A stretch of DNA of 64,000 bases from Octopus vulgaris (taxonomy: Eukaryota): positions 20,770,001 to 20,834,000 of the forward strand of contig OX597832.1 in assembly GCA_951406725.2 (NCBI GenBank), read 5' to 3'. The stretch's first letter is position 1, and each line of letters starts with the position of its first letter. The notes under the pieces are model-generated. The model saw nothing but the letters and a program-made list of their open reading frames with translations, was not told the origin of the DNA and did not search any database. Shown piece after piece: positions 26,120 to 39,560 of the stretch. A program made the position numbers and the translations under genes.

Positions 26120-28227
26120 AGTGTCGGTTTCGTCGCCGAATCAAGAAGAGAGGAAAGTGAGAGGTGATTTTGAAGGCGAAATTGTCCTTTGCCGTGAGAC
26201 CCATCCCTGAGTAACCTACCAAACATGGGAAGAGATACAGGCAACAGGATCAGCAGAAACTCTTAAAAGAGCAATAATATCACCACCATCAACACCGACA
26301 AAAATGCAAAAGACAAAAAATTTGTTGGCCAAAGCAACAACAACAACGAACTAGAAAATAGGAAAAGAAAAGCCAAATTCTTCAGACATACTACGATCAA
26401 CTCGAAAGACCGCCTCTACCAGTGACGGCTTTAAAAACGACACCGTCGCTGAAAACGAGAAAACCCACAAATTGAACGTTAACGGCATCATCGCTGCAAT
26501 GCGCCATGCACAAGAAAATATAAAGCTGTTGAGGATTTTTTTTTAAATGCAAGAAGTATATTAAAAAGGAACGGGAAAACGGTTACTCTTGACTCCCATG
26601 AAGCCATTGAAGAGAACACACTCAAAAAGTCAATAATATACAAAACGATAGGAAAATGTCGTAAACTAGAATGGCCAACACAGCAACAAATTGAAAATGT
26701 CTAAGATCAGTGTGAGATACGAAAACATACGTTGCAAGGGGGAAGCAACATGGCACTGTGAGATTGCCACAGAAGAGGAAGCAAGGCTTTTATATGATGT
26801 GTATCCCCCCATAAGTGACACCTCGTCTCTCTGCCCTCAACTTGCAGGTTAAAGCTATCTGGCAAACTCATAATGTCCAGGATTGTTACTAGACCCCTTG
26901 ACCCATCTGCACCCACACCTCCATGCCTTGGCCCATCCAGCTTTGGTTTTTTACAGTTTTGCACCTATATAACTGAGCCTTCGAGTAGCGAAAAACTGAA
27001 ATTGGAGCATACCACCAGAAATAGACATCAGTTGGTTGGTGGAATCTGTCCTGAACATAAAGGACAAAACAAATATCCTGCAGGTGCAAAACTGCAAAAG
27101 AAACTAAAACTGGTTGGGCCAAGGCATGGAGGTGTAAGTGCAGATGGGGCAAGGGGTCTAGAGACAATCCTGGACATTATAGGTTTGCCAGATGGCATTA
27201 ACCTGCACGTTGGGGGGGGGGGGGACACAAATCATATAAAAGCTTTTTGCCCATCGCAGAAGAAAGAAGGGACATCCCTACTTTTCCCGACACCATCACT
27301 ACAGCTACAATAATAGCAACAACACCAGCAGAGGCAATATCCAACAGTAACAACAAAAGCAACAGCATCAACTAGGACGACAACAGTGGAAGCAACAGAA
27401 CAAGCGGAATACACACCACCATCTATGGCAAAAAAACAACAGAATCATAAACCACCAAAACAACAATAACTTTATCAACAGAACAACAGTAAAATCTCCC
27501 CCAAGACATGCCCCGTCCCTTTTCCGACCTCTCAGACATGTTCTATGATGAAGAGCCTGCATAGCAAAACGTCAACACGTGTAACAGAAGAAAAAGCGAC
27601 AACACACCAACAACAACAACACAAAAATCTGGCAGGTATGATGAAAGTAGGGGAGACACCTTTCAGAAATAATAAGCAAACACCTGCCATAATGGCAGCT
27701 ACACCAGTACAGTCAACCACATTAACTCCATCACTACCATTACCGCCATCGCTATCACGGATATCGCCATTACAAGCACAGCATAATTCACACACAACCC
27801 TTAAACAGCACATCTCAACACCGGCAAAATTTCAACATCGTTAAACATACAGCAATAACTACGAACAATAAAGAACTAATGGAACATTTATACAACTGTA
27901 CAAACATCATACACAGTGATTTCATCTCACCAACAAACCACACACAATACACATAAAATTCATTCGAACCACAAAAAATCCAGAATGCCATAAAAACTAA
28001 ATATCCTGAGGAATGTCTATAAAAGCCTGTATAGAGAACTGCTTGTGGAAGCACTCACATATAGCCATAAGGACGGAACATCCATTCCTTTCTACCCAGC
28101 AAAATCACTGTAAGTAACTGTTTCTGCTCCTATTCTTTAATCTAGCACGACCTCCCCCAGAATAGGCAGAGTAGATGCACGTGGCCTTGCTTTGTCTTGG
28201 AAAGAGGGCTACAAACTCAACGACTGC
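26120..28227 (+). pseudogene. Tx1/L1-like LINE 5' half: decayed ORF1 (zinc knuckle) and start of ORF2 endonuclease
   Basis: SIPPEIDISWLV; decayed CCHC knuckle (VEGRETRCHLWGDTHHIKA in the inverted copy, GDTNHIKAFCP in the sense copy); T/Q/P-rich tail; RIGRVDARGLAL at 28159 resembles the APE N-terminal NxRGL motif; cut off by a SINE array. Confidence 0.65.
26786..27243. repeat. Inverted duplication inside LINE ORF1: arms 26786-26966 and 27082-27243, 115-bp spacer
   Basis: aggtgcaaaactg...gggccaaggcatggaggtgt...caatcctggacattat...atcatataaaagc present in both orientations, with scattered mismatches and one deletion. Confidence 0.9.
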
Positions 28228-28750
28228 AGGCCCGAAATTTGGGGGAGCGGGCTAGTCGATTACATCGACCCCAGTGCGTAACTGATACTTAATTTGTCAA
28301 CCCCGAAAGAATGAAAGGCAAAGTCGACCTTGGTGGAATTTCAAATCAAAAGATAAAGACAAACGAAATACCTATTTCTTTACTGCCCACAGAGGAGACA
28401 AACAAGGACAGACAAACGGATTAAGTCGATTATATCGACCCCAGTGCGTAACTGGTACTTATTTGATCGACCCCGAAAGGATGAAAGGCAAAGTCGACCT
28501 CGGCGGAATTTGAACGCAGAACATAACGGAAGACGAAATACATATTTCTTTACTACCCACAGAGAGGACAAACAACGACAGACAAACGGATTAAATCGAT
28601 TATATTGACCCCAGTGAATAACTGGTACTTATTTAATCGATCCCGAAAGGATGAAAGCCAAAGTCGACCTCGGTGGAATTTGAACTCAGAACGTAAAGAC
28701 AGACGAAGTACTGCTAAGCATTTCGCCCGGCGTTTCTGCAGCTCGCCACC
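28228..28750 (-). mobile_element. SINE family A trimer: head-body-tail1 + body-tail1 + body-tail2
   Basis: Junctions at 28542/28543 and 28372/28373 (cgaaatac[ca]|tatttcttt); tail2 aggcccgaaatttggggga. Confidence 0.9.
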
Positions 28751-29175
28751 TTAACCTTACAAGATATTATCTGGGGTTATCCGTTTCTAGTAAAATGCTA
28801 ATGCTATAAAGTACAGTTCACACTTTATTTAACACCTTCTCAATAAAAATTAACGACTAATTTGTTAGCTTGGCGTATCCAATAAAATTCCTCCCGTGGT
28901 TGACATTTGTGATGGACATCATTCGTGTACAAACGAAGATATACGTAATTGAGTGTTTGTGTGCGCGCGGGCCTGTGTGTGCTTTTAAGCATATGTATAT
29001 GTATACATTTGTTAATATATATATATTTGCGAGTGAATGTATGTGGAAGGAGTGCGCCCGTGTATGCTTGAGTATGCGTTTGAATATGTCCGTGTTTGTG
29101 TGCGTGTCTCTGCATATATATATGTGTGTGTAAATATATACACATATATATATATGTGCGTGTACATATTTATAC

Positions 29176-29231
<56 letters not shown>

Positions 29232-29301
29232 GTACGTATATATAAATATATGTATGTATATATATATATACATATATAAATATATATATATGTATATATC
29301 G

Positions 29302-29375
<74 letters not shown>

Positions 29376-30027
29376 CAACATGTATGTATGTATATATTTA
29401 TGTATGCATGTGTGTATAGATATACGCCTATGCAAAACAATTTAAACATCCCTGATCTATTGCATACATACACAGACACCAACACACACTCACACACACA
29501 CACAAGCACACAAGGACACAAGCACACACGCTCACACAAATCCATATACACTCGCAACACACACACACACACACCGAGCCTGCTCAGAAATATCGGTAGA
29601 TAGTAAAGAATAAAAGACAAACATTACGTTAATGTAGAAAGGCGTGATGTAAAATGTTTGAGCTTCATAATAGAACCATCTGAGGTAAGCATCATGAAGT
29701 GGAGTGAATATCGCTTGGTGCTTATTTTTTCGCTTCCATTTTTTTTTTTTTTGGCTTTTTACTGTTTTTCATCATCCTCCGGAGATGATCGATCAGGTCC
29801 TATAAAACGGAGGAGTCAGGGAGGAGCTGGGCAGAGATAAATTGTATCTGATGACAGACCAAAATGCAAACGAAATTATAGACAGCTGTCATATTGTTGA
29901 TGGAAGTCGCTGGTAAAACAACTTAGCGAGGCAAACAAACAAATAGAGCGAAAGTAACATAGTAATTAATATATATAAGTATGTGTGTGTGTTTGTGCGT
30001 GTTTGTGTGTGTTTGTGCGTGTTTGAC

Positions 30028-30091
<64 letters not shown>

Positions 30092-30119
30092 TATGTAAGT
30101 ATATATATATATATACATT

Positions 30120-30151
<32 letters not shown>

Positions 30152-30175
30152 TACATTTATATATATATATACATT

Positions 30176-30209
<34 letters not shown>

Positions 30210-30875
30210 CATTTATATATACATATATGTATATATATTTATATATATATATATATACAGGCACATATATACATATATGCATTATATACATTTTATATAC
30301 ATAAATATATATATACATGTGTGTATATACATACATATACAAGCATAAACACAAGTATGTATATATTTTTATACATATGTATATGTGTGTGTGCGTGTGT
30401 GTATGTGTGCGTGTGCTTCTGTGAGATTTTATGTGAGTTGGTGAATGTTTTCAAGTAAGTGTGTTTGTATGCAAGGATGTGTTCTTGCGAATGGTTAAGA
30501 CGCCATCTATTAGCAATGCTAACGGCAGCGAGACGCTCATACGAATCGGTCGAGTATATTAGAGGATTGTTGGAAATAGATACACCGGGAATATGCCGCA
30601 ATAGAACATAGCCACAGATGTAGAATGGAACACTACAGAAGCACACATACACATACACTGTCGAATACCCACAAACACAGGCCTATGGTCTGGTAATGAG
30701 ACACGCACGCAGGGGCGACCACACGCACACGGCGCCACACGCGAATACCCGGCAACATATGGAGCATGCGTATACACCTTTATATATATACACAATCATA
30801 TCGACTGGATAGATGAATGTAACCAGAAATGTATTTATGTATAATGGCGTGAGTGTGAGTATGTATGTATGTATG

Positions 30876-30920
<45 letters not shown>

Positions 30921-31093
30921 ATATATAAATACATATACATATATACACACATGTATATATATATATTGATACATATGTAGACCTAGATCCATATACACAT
31001 AAATATGTGTATATGTACACACATTTATATACATATATAAAGAATATCAGTGCGTATATATATATACATATGTAGATACACTCACACTCACAG

Positions 31094-31173
<80 letters not shown>

Positions 31174-31397
31174 CTATGTGCCTAATTGTACACACACACA
31201 CGTGCACACAAAGCACAAGACACATGTGCGCACATGTACCCACACACACAGCGTCCAACATATATGTATGCATGTGTGTGTGTATGTGTATGTGTGTGTG
31301 TGTGATTGTACAGTGATGCTAAGAGCAAAGATATTAGATACAGACATAAAGAGAAAAGTAGAGACAGACAGTCAGACAGACAGAGTATCAGATAGAC

Positions 31398-31479
<82 letters not shown>

Positions 31480-31706
31480 ACCGTACAACTTTCGACGGAT
31501 GTTGGCAGTCAATGATGGCATAATTTGCAGGAAATGAATGCTAATGTAATCTGTTTGATCTTGTAGCGATGTCGACCTCTGAAGTCGGCCGACAAACCTG
31601 TCCATTACGTTGCACATTTAACTAGATGGCTGCCTGACTGTCGTCTGCATCGATGTCGTCTGCCTTCGCTTCTATTTGAAGGAAGAGAGTACAGTAATAT
31701 GTGTGC

Positions 31707-31760
<54 letters not shown>

Positions 31761-32239
31761 TCATATGTGTATGGGTGGTATATGTAAGTATATGTATTTA
31801 TATATTTATACAATTATGTATATATATACATATGTAAACATATATGCATGCAGACAATATTTTGTGATATAAATATGTATTTATGCCTGTATATATATAT
31901 ATATATATACGCTTCTATATGACAGACAGCCATTCACACACAATCACATACACTCATACACTCATATACGTGTGCATATGTTTCTTTATACATATACATA
32001 CAATGGTAAACTTATAGATATGTATGTATATAGAAATATGAGCTGCAGCATGACCACAGCCGCATGGCTCTAACTTACTAACGAATAAAAGAATAAAAAA
32101 CAAACACGCAAACACACACACACACACACACAAACCTTATGGCAGTTTATATGAAAAAACTTCTAGTGCCATATATATACATATATATATCTATATATAT
32201 ATCTATATATCTATATATATTAATATATATGTATACACA

Positions 32240-32332
<93 letters not shown>

Positions 32333-32581
32333 GTATATATATATATGTATGCATAGATTGAAATGAATGCATAGAAAAATTATACTGTCTGTAAGAGATA
32401 ATACCCAGTAACCTCATTTTGTAACGTTAGCTTATGGTAATCACTCATAAAACGATAAACTTAGCAAATTCAATTGTCCACAGACCATTTTCTAACATAC
32501 AAGTTTTGTTTGTGTGTACGTGTGTGTGCGTGTGGTTGTCTGTATGTGTGTGAACCTCTATGTGATTGAGTGCGTGTGAGG

Positions 32582-32663
<82 letters not shown>

Positions 32664-33205
32664 GCACATGTGTATGTATCTATATATGAATTATGAGGTG
32701 TTCAGTGTTAAGCCACTCATTAAACCAAGACCAAAATCTGAATGCCCTGCCATTTGTGGCATAATGAATACATTTCTTCATTCTAACCAACTACCGATTT
32801 GTTTATCAGTTTATGCTTAAGCGTTATATAATATACAGTTGCCTATAATTTACTGCGCATATATTATGTGTGTGTGTGTATGTTTACGCGTGCGTGTGTG
32901 TATATGTATATATATAATATAAATAATATATATATGGGCATATATGGGTAAGGATGTCTCCAACTTTAAGCGACATAAAGTACGAAAACAATAAGGATAA
33001 GATCGTTAATTTAAAAATAAAATAACGATTTTATCAGGTGGTCAGCATGGAAAAAATAACCTTCAAAGGTAATAATTTTTAAAATTATAAATTAGGGTAT
33101 CTACGATATACCACCATGCTGAAAGAAACCACCTTAATTGTCCATATTGCAACCACGGAGAGAAAACAAAAAGACAAGATGAAGCTAGTAAAAAATTACT
33201 TGATA

Positions 33206-33264
33206 ATTCTAGGTCCCGGATTTCTGGCTTTGCATTTATGAATGCCTTGCCTCGTCAGTAGAAT
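33206..33264 (-). ncRNA. Degenerate hammerhead motif in a Penelope-type repeat
   Basis: Minus strand ATTCTA-CTGACGA-GGC...GCC-A-GAAA-TCCGGGA-CC-TAGAAT; perfect 6-bp stem I, but the U16.1 position reads C. Confidence 0.5.
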
Positions 33265-33500
33265 ACACACAGAAGATAAACATAAATACATATATATATA
33301 AATACAGCATACGAATACTTACATATGCGAACGTATACCTACATATATATGCATATATATGTAGGTATATATATAAGTACAGCAAGAATTTAGATTCAGA
33401 TGAATATGGTACTTAAGTTAAAGGCACCAGTATTTAGTATGGTATTATCCATATAAATCAAATGGGGTGATTTTAATCAAAATAACCAACAAGGATATCC

Positions 33501-33565
<65 letters not shown>

Positions 33566-33566
33566 A

Positions 33567-33693
33567 CACGGTAGCGCAAAAGTAGGTATACAGTTATCAC
33601 GTAAGCACATTTTTGATAATTAAGATCTAAACTGTTAATATATGAATGAGAGAGAGATAGTTAAATAACTGTAAACCTACTTTTGAGCCCACC

Positions 33694-33696
<3 letters not shown>
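33567..33696. mobile_element. Tc1/mariner-superfamily MITE (130 bp) with TA target duplication
   Basis: TIRs cacggtagcgcaaaagtaggtatacagtta / taactgtaaacctacttttgagcccaccctg, both flanked by TA. Confidence 0.8.
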
Positions 33697-33739
<43 letters not shown>

Positions 33740-33853
33740 ATGTGTGTGTGTGTATGTGTGTGTGTACACAACCGCACACACGCGCAAATTCACCCATACA
33801 TATATCGAGAGACCAAGTTGAGGCTTATGGTTTTGTAGTTAGAGAGATGGAAT

Positions 33854-34058
33854 CTTTTCTACACCAGGCAAGGCACAAGGCCCGAAATGTTGGGGGAGGG
33901 AGCCAGTCGATTAGATCGATCTCAGTACGCAAATGGTACTTTAGTTATCGATTCCGAAAGGATGAAAAGCAAAGTCGACCTCGGCGGAATTTGAACTCAG
34001 AACGTAAAGACATACGAACTACTGCTAGGCATTTCGCCCGCCGTGCTAACGTTTCTGC
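33854..34058 (-). mobile_element. SINE family A monomer with tail2
   Basis: aggcacaaggcccgaaatgttggggg...aaagtcgacctcggcggaatttgaactc...gctaacgtttctgc. Confidence 0.88.
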
Positions 34059-34409
34059 AATAATCGCAAGATTGTAATTCTCATTCCTGGGTCAGTCGGT
34101 CGATGCGATGTTTTCTCGAGCAAAGCATACCATTTCACGTTGCTCCAGCGTCGCCCCGTTTAATAGGGATTATACTACCCCCACAGAAATCGGGATATAT
34201 TTACCCCTAAACTCCACCACCACCACCTACAACAACAACGTAACACAACGCCGCATAAACCCCTCGCTTTTACTCTCATTACCATCAGAAGGAGAATTAC
34301 AACGTTGCTAATTTCCTCTAAAAACCGCCATTGCTAAAATATCTACCACAAATACTTTTAAGATCGTTAATGCCAACAGCACCAGCAGAATCGCTCGCAC
34401 ACCTCTACT

Positions 34410-34449
34410 GCCATCACCACCATCACCACCACCACCACCACCACCACTG

Positions 34450-34511
<62 letters not shown>

Positions 34512-34772
34512 ACTACTGCTGCTTCTGCTACTACTAGTACTACTACAGCTACTACTACTATGACCACCATCACGACAACTGTTACTAATACTACTGCTAC
34601 TATCACCACATCACTACCACAACTACCACCACCACCATCACCACACCACTACCACCATTACTACCACTACTACTACACTATTGTCACTGCCACCACCATG
34701 ACTACAATTACCACCAAACAAATACTACTACCACCACCACCATCACCACTACCACCACACTATTACTATTAT

Positions 34773-34804
<32 letters not shown>

Positions 34805-34810
34805 TCAATA
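34410..34810. repeat. Compound (CCA)/(CTA)/(CTG) triplet microsatellite
   Basis: Direct reading. Confidence 0.92.
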
Positions 34811-36191
34811 CTATCTCAATAAACAAAGCTCTTCCTGACTACGACCGACACCCACATACTAACCTTCTCCTTCTCCCCATCCTCAGTACTCACGTGAATG
34901 TGCTTACGTAAATCGCTAGAAATAGCACCAACATCGTCCTCAAATTATACCATTTCTTTTTGACTGAAATAACTTGTTAGAGTACATAGGATATCGCAGT
35001 CCTAGATGGATTGTGGCATTATGGCTGAAAGATGGTGGGTGTATCAATAAGCTATCGTCGGTCATAGGCAACCTTGATTCAAACTGGCTTGGGGTTAAAC
35101 AACTACAACATTAACCACACCACTCCCTACTTCCACCTGAACATCCGTCACTCCTTCATTTCTGTTACTTGGTGTTCACTTACAATCTCTTTCTCTTACT
35201 CTCTCTCTCTCTCACTCTCACACACACGCAATAACACGCACACACCCACACACGTACACATGTACACACACTTACGCATTCAAGCACAGATGCAAGCGTA
35301 CACACAGCACGACGTAGCTTGACAATGGCGCTGTAATGTACGACAAAGACCGTCATCGTAATCTCACCAGCATTATCATCAGTAGCACGGACGCTATTGC
35401 TTAGCCATCGCCATCACCAACGTCACCATCAACCCCACCACCACCACCACCAGAAGAAAAAACATCATACAACCCTACCATAGGGAATCGGTAAAACATA
35501 GACACTCAGAATCGGTAATAAGTGTGGTACAAGTGAATACGGAGGATACTAGAAGCGACTACGAGTGCGCTGGGTTTTGTAAAGCACTTCGTACTGAAAG
35601 TAAGATTGGAGATAAGTCAAGACAAACGTGTAAGAAATAATCGATGTAGCATAGGTCATTTGACGGTCAAACACGAAGCAAGTCATACCGGGACACAAAC
35701 CACTGTGGATCGATAAATGCTCCAGCTAGGGTTCGTTGTAATCAAATATCATTAGGTCAAGCTGTGCCCTTTCCAAAAGAAATAATGTAAGTCCTATGGT
35801 TTTGTGGTCAACCGTAAGTTAGAAGGTCCCTTGCAAAACTTTCGAAGAGGAAGTAGGCAAAAGGACCTGCACTTATGATCGAATATCGATGGTTGAATAA
35901 TAGTGATTAGTCGATCCGGTAAATAGGGGTCTCATATCAGTGAGTGGTGGCCAGTGCGCTGTAAAGGAATCGAGAGGAAGGCCTAGAAACGGTGCGCATT
36001 GTTTCCTGATGGACTCTGCTTAATTAGGGACGATTCCATCATCATCATCGTTGTCGTCGTCGTTGTTGTCATCATTTTCAAACTAATTGTCATTATCATC
36101 AAATTTAATCATCATAGGTAGTTTGTCACCGTAGCAGCTGCTGCTGCTGCCGCGACTTCTGCTACTGCTATCAACTACCACGACTATTTCC

Positions 36192-37012
36192 ATTGTTGGA
36201 CACTGAACGAGTGCGTGCAGAACGGTTTCGATGCGGTCAGAGCGACGAAACCGTTCTGCACGCACTCGTTCAGTGTCCAACAATTTCCGACCTGTGGGCT
36301 TATGTCGAACAACTGCTGTCACGTGTGGGACGAGTCGGTTTATCAGCTGAGTCTATCGTCAATATTGTCACGCCTCCTTCCTTCAAACGGGAAGGAAGAG
36401 CTATTTTCATCATCCTTGTGGCTATGGCGAAAGAATGTATCTGGTGGACGCGTCTGAAAGGATTGGAGACAAACACTTTCCTCTCTGGTCAATCTCTCAT
36501 CAACTTCTTCAAGTACCACTTGAAAAGGAAAGTGAGAGTAGAGAGGCAAGTTTTGTCTAGCGAATGTTTTAAAAAAAGATGGGTGAATGTAGCAAGAATG
36601 GCACGTATGAATGACGAAGCCACCTTGAGCATAGTCCTATGAACCCAGAAATCGAAAACAGAGAGTTGCTTATTTGCAAAAAAAAAAAAAAAAAAAAGAA
36701 ATATAAAATGTGACTTCATTGACCGAGGTTACCGTGGTCTTTTCCGTAGGCTTTTCTTTCCACGGGTAAACCTCACCTGTCCTCCCCTTTACACTTCATA
36801 TTGACATTTCTGTGATAACGATCCCTATTGATCAATTTTTTTTTTTTTTTTTCCTCTCCCCCTTTTTTTTGTCCTCCTTCTCTCCTTTTACGATCCCTTT
36901 TGATCGAAACTCCCCCTTACTTTTTTTTTTTTTTTTTAAACATTCAAAAGAAAAGCTCTACCTTGTAATTTGTTCTATCTGTGTGCAGCCCTGTGTGGCT
37001 AATAAAGAAACA
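36192..37012 (+). mobile_element. 5'-truncated Tx1/L1-like LINE (ORF2 C-terminal zinc-finger region + 3'UTR) with 9-bp TSD and 5' foldback
   Basis: Open frame to 36642: RCGQSDETVLHALVQC...IWWTR...FKKRW (zf-RVT-like CxxxxETxxHxxxxC); T-rich 3'UTR ending gccctgtgtggctaataaagaaac; TATTTCCAT at 36185-36193 and 37013-37021. Confidence 0.9.
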
Positions 37013-37499
37013 TATTTCCATCGCTACCACCCTTGTCAGTTTTGATACTGCCGTAATAATAGTAATACCAGAAGATGTTTTTAGGACGAAAAACGATGTT
37101 TGAGAATTAATAAGAACGGGTGGGGAAGAGTGGGACATAAAGAAAGAGAAGAGTGGGAGGAAGGGAGGTGGGGAAAGAGTGAGAAAGAACGAAAGGTAGA
37201 CAAATAAAAGGAAAAAGAGGCAAAAAAAGTAAGACAAAAATGTTTGAAAGAAAGAGTAAAGATTGATTGCGAAAGATGAGAGAGAGAGAAGGGGGACAGC
37301 GACAGAAAGAGAGAGAGCCAGAGACAGAGTAAACAAGGCTGGTAGTACGTTGGGTGGTGATGTGTGAGGTATGACTTAGGGGTTGCGGTAGGAGCTGTGT
37401 TTTTACTGACACTGAAACTTGCATCGCTATCGCCACCACTGGTTTGGGGTAGCATTTGAGCTACACCACCAACAGGATGGTCAGAGGTGGGTAGAGTGC

Positions 37500-37931
37500 A
37501 AGGCTGCCACCAACACCACCACCATCTCCAGTGCTCATTCACACACCATCACAACCACCACCACCACCACTTCTCCTACTATTACTACTACTACTACTAC
37601 CATTGTCACCATTTCATCCCACGGCTGGCTGGGGTAGGAATTGAGTTACACGCCGCCACCATTGCAGGGGTTGATACGGAGCTACACTCTCTCAAGCGCC
37701 ACCGCCACCAACATTACCAACTACAACCGACGCTGTCACTGACAATACCACTATCACCACTGCAACCAATACCACAATCACAATCAAAGCCCCTGCCATC
37801 ACTAACAACTCTACTACAATTACTGCTACTACTGCTACTAGAGCTACTACCACCCTCACAACAACAACTACTACTACAACCGCAACCACGATTACCATCA
37901 CAACTAAGCCTACCACCTACACAACAATAAT

Positions 37932-37979
<48 letters not shown>

Positions 37980-38127
37980 AACTGCAACCACAATTGCCAG
38001 CACAACTACTACTACCACCTCCACAACAACAACTACTACCACTGTTACAACTGCAACCACGACTACCATCACAACTACTACTACTACTACCACCAACACA
38101 ACCATCACTACTACCTTTACTACTACT

Positions 38128-38191
<64 letters not shown>

Positions 38192-38570
38192 ATACTAATA
38201 CTACCACCACTTCACCCCACGATTGGCTTAGGAAGGAGTTGAGTTACATCGCCGCGCCACCATCTTTGAGGAGGATACGGAGCTACACTAACTAGACCAC
38301 CACCATCACTACCATCACCACCATCACCCCCATTACCAACACAACCACCACAGACTCCAACATCATCATCACAGCCAAACAGCCACCATCACCATCATCA
38401 GCATCATCAGCATCATCACCAGTATAAACCTTACACCAACTGCGGCAACGCCATTACCATCGCCATCATGACCACCACAATCACCACCACCACCACCACC
38501 ACCAATATCATCATTGTTAAGACCATCCCTCCCAAACACCCACCGCAACCGCCACCACCATCGCCATCGC
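37500..38570. repeat. CCA/CTA/CAT-rich triplet field containing an ~80-bp direct repeat (37608-37688 and 38206-38288)
   Basis: ccac..ttca.cccacg..tggct...ga.ttgagttacac...gccaccat...gatacggagctacact occurs twice. Confidence 0.8.
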
Positions 38571-38929
38571 CGGAGCAACGAAACAACTGATGTGTGCTTC
38601 CAAGCTCAAAATCATAACGGAAGTGACTCACTGTGGGTAGCGGAAGTACAATTAATTTGTCTAAAATGGGTCGAAATTGGAAACAATAGCGCTGAAATAT
38701 GCAGTTTTCAATGTGCCTTGATGATGGTACTGTTGTTGTTGCTGTTGTTGTTGTTGTTGTTGTTGTTGCTGCTGCTGCAGTTGGTGATGTTGTTGCTCTT
38801 CTTACTGTCGTTGCTCTTATGACTGCTGTTGTTGTTGTTTATTGTTGTAGTTGTTGGCTGTAAAGATGGCGGTAGTTGGTGGAGGTGGAGGTGATACGAT
38901 ATTCTCGATGGTGGTTGAGGTGGTGGTGG

Positions 38930-39560
38930 TGGTAGTGTTGGTGGTGGTAGTGGTACTGCTGTTCTTCTTAACGAGGGTAGTGGGGGTGGTGATGGTTTTG
39001 GTAATGGTTGTGGTGGTGCTGGTGGTGGTTGTGGTGGTGGTGGTGGTGGCACTGCTGTTCTTCTTAACGAGGGTAGTGTGGGGGGGGTGATGGTCTTGGT
39101 AATGGTTGTGGTGGTGTTGGTGGTGGTGGTGGTGGTGGTGGTGGTGGTGGTGGTGGTGGTGTTAGTGGTGGTGGTGGTACTGCTGTTCTTCTTAACGAGG
39201 GTAGTGGGGGTGGTGATGGTTTTGGTAATGGTTGTGGTGGTGCTGGTGGTGGTTGTGGTGGTGGTGGTGGTGGCACTGCTGTTCTTCTTAACGAGGGTAG
39301 TGGGGGTGGTGATGGTCTTGGTAGTGGTTGTGGTGGTGGTGGTGGTGGTGGTTGTGGTGGTGGTGGTGGTGGTGGTGGTGGTGTTAGTGGTGGTGGTGGT
39401 ACTGCTGTTCTTCTTAACGATGGTAGTAGGGGTGGTGATGGTCTTGGTAATGGTTGTTGTGGTGGTGGTGGCTGTGGTGGTTGTGGTGGTGGTGGTGGTG
39501 TTGGTGGTGGTGGTGGTACTGCTGTTCTTCTTAACGAGGGTAGTGGGGTGGTGATGGTCT
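38930..39560. repeat. Minisatellite, 6 units: fixed anchor ACTGCTGTTCTTCTTAACGAGGGTAGT plus variable (GGT)n
   Basis: Anchors at 38955, 39051, 39179, 39275, 39401, 39518 (spacing 96/128/96/126/117). Confidence 0.92.

Noticed and set aside
26120-37012. One LINE split into 5' and 3' halves by 8 kb of insertions
   Set aside because: The 3' fragment has its own TSD and the intervening endonuclease/RT coding sequence is absent, so these are two independent insertions
38930-39560. Constant anchor with variable spacers resembling a CRISPR array
   Set aside because: The spacers are (GGT)n variants, not unique sequences
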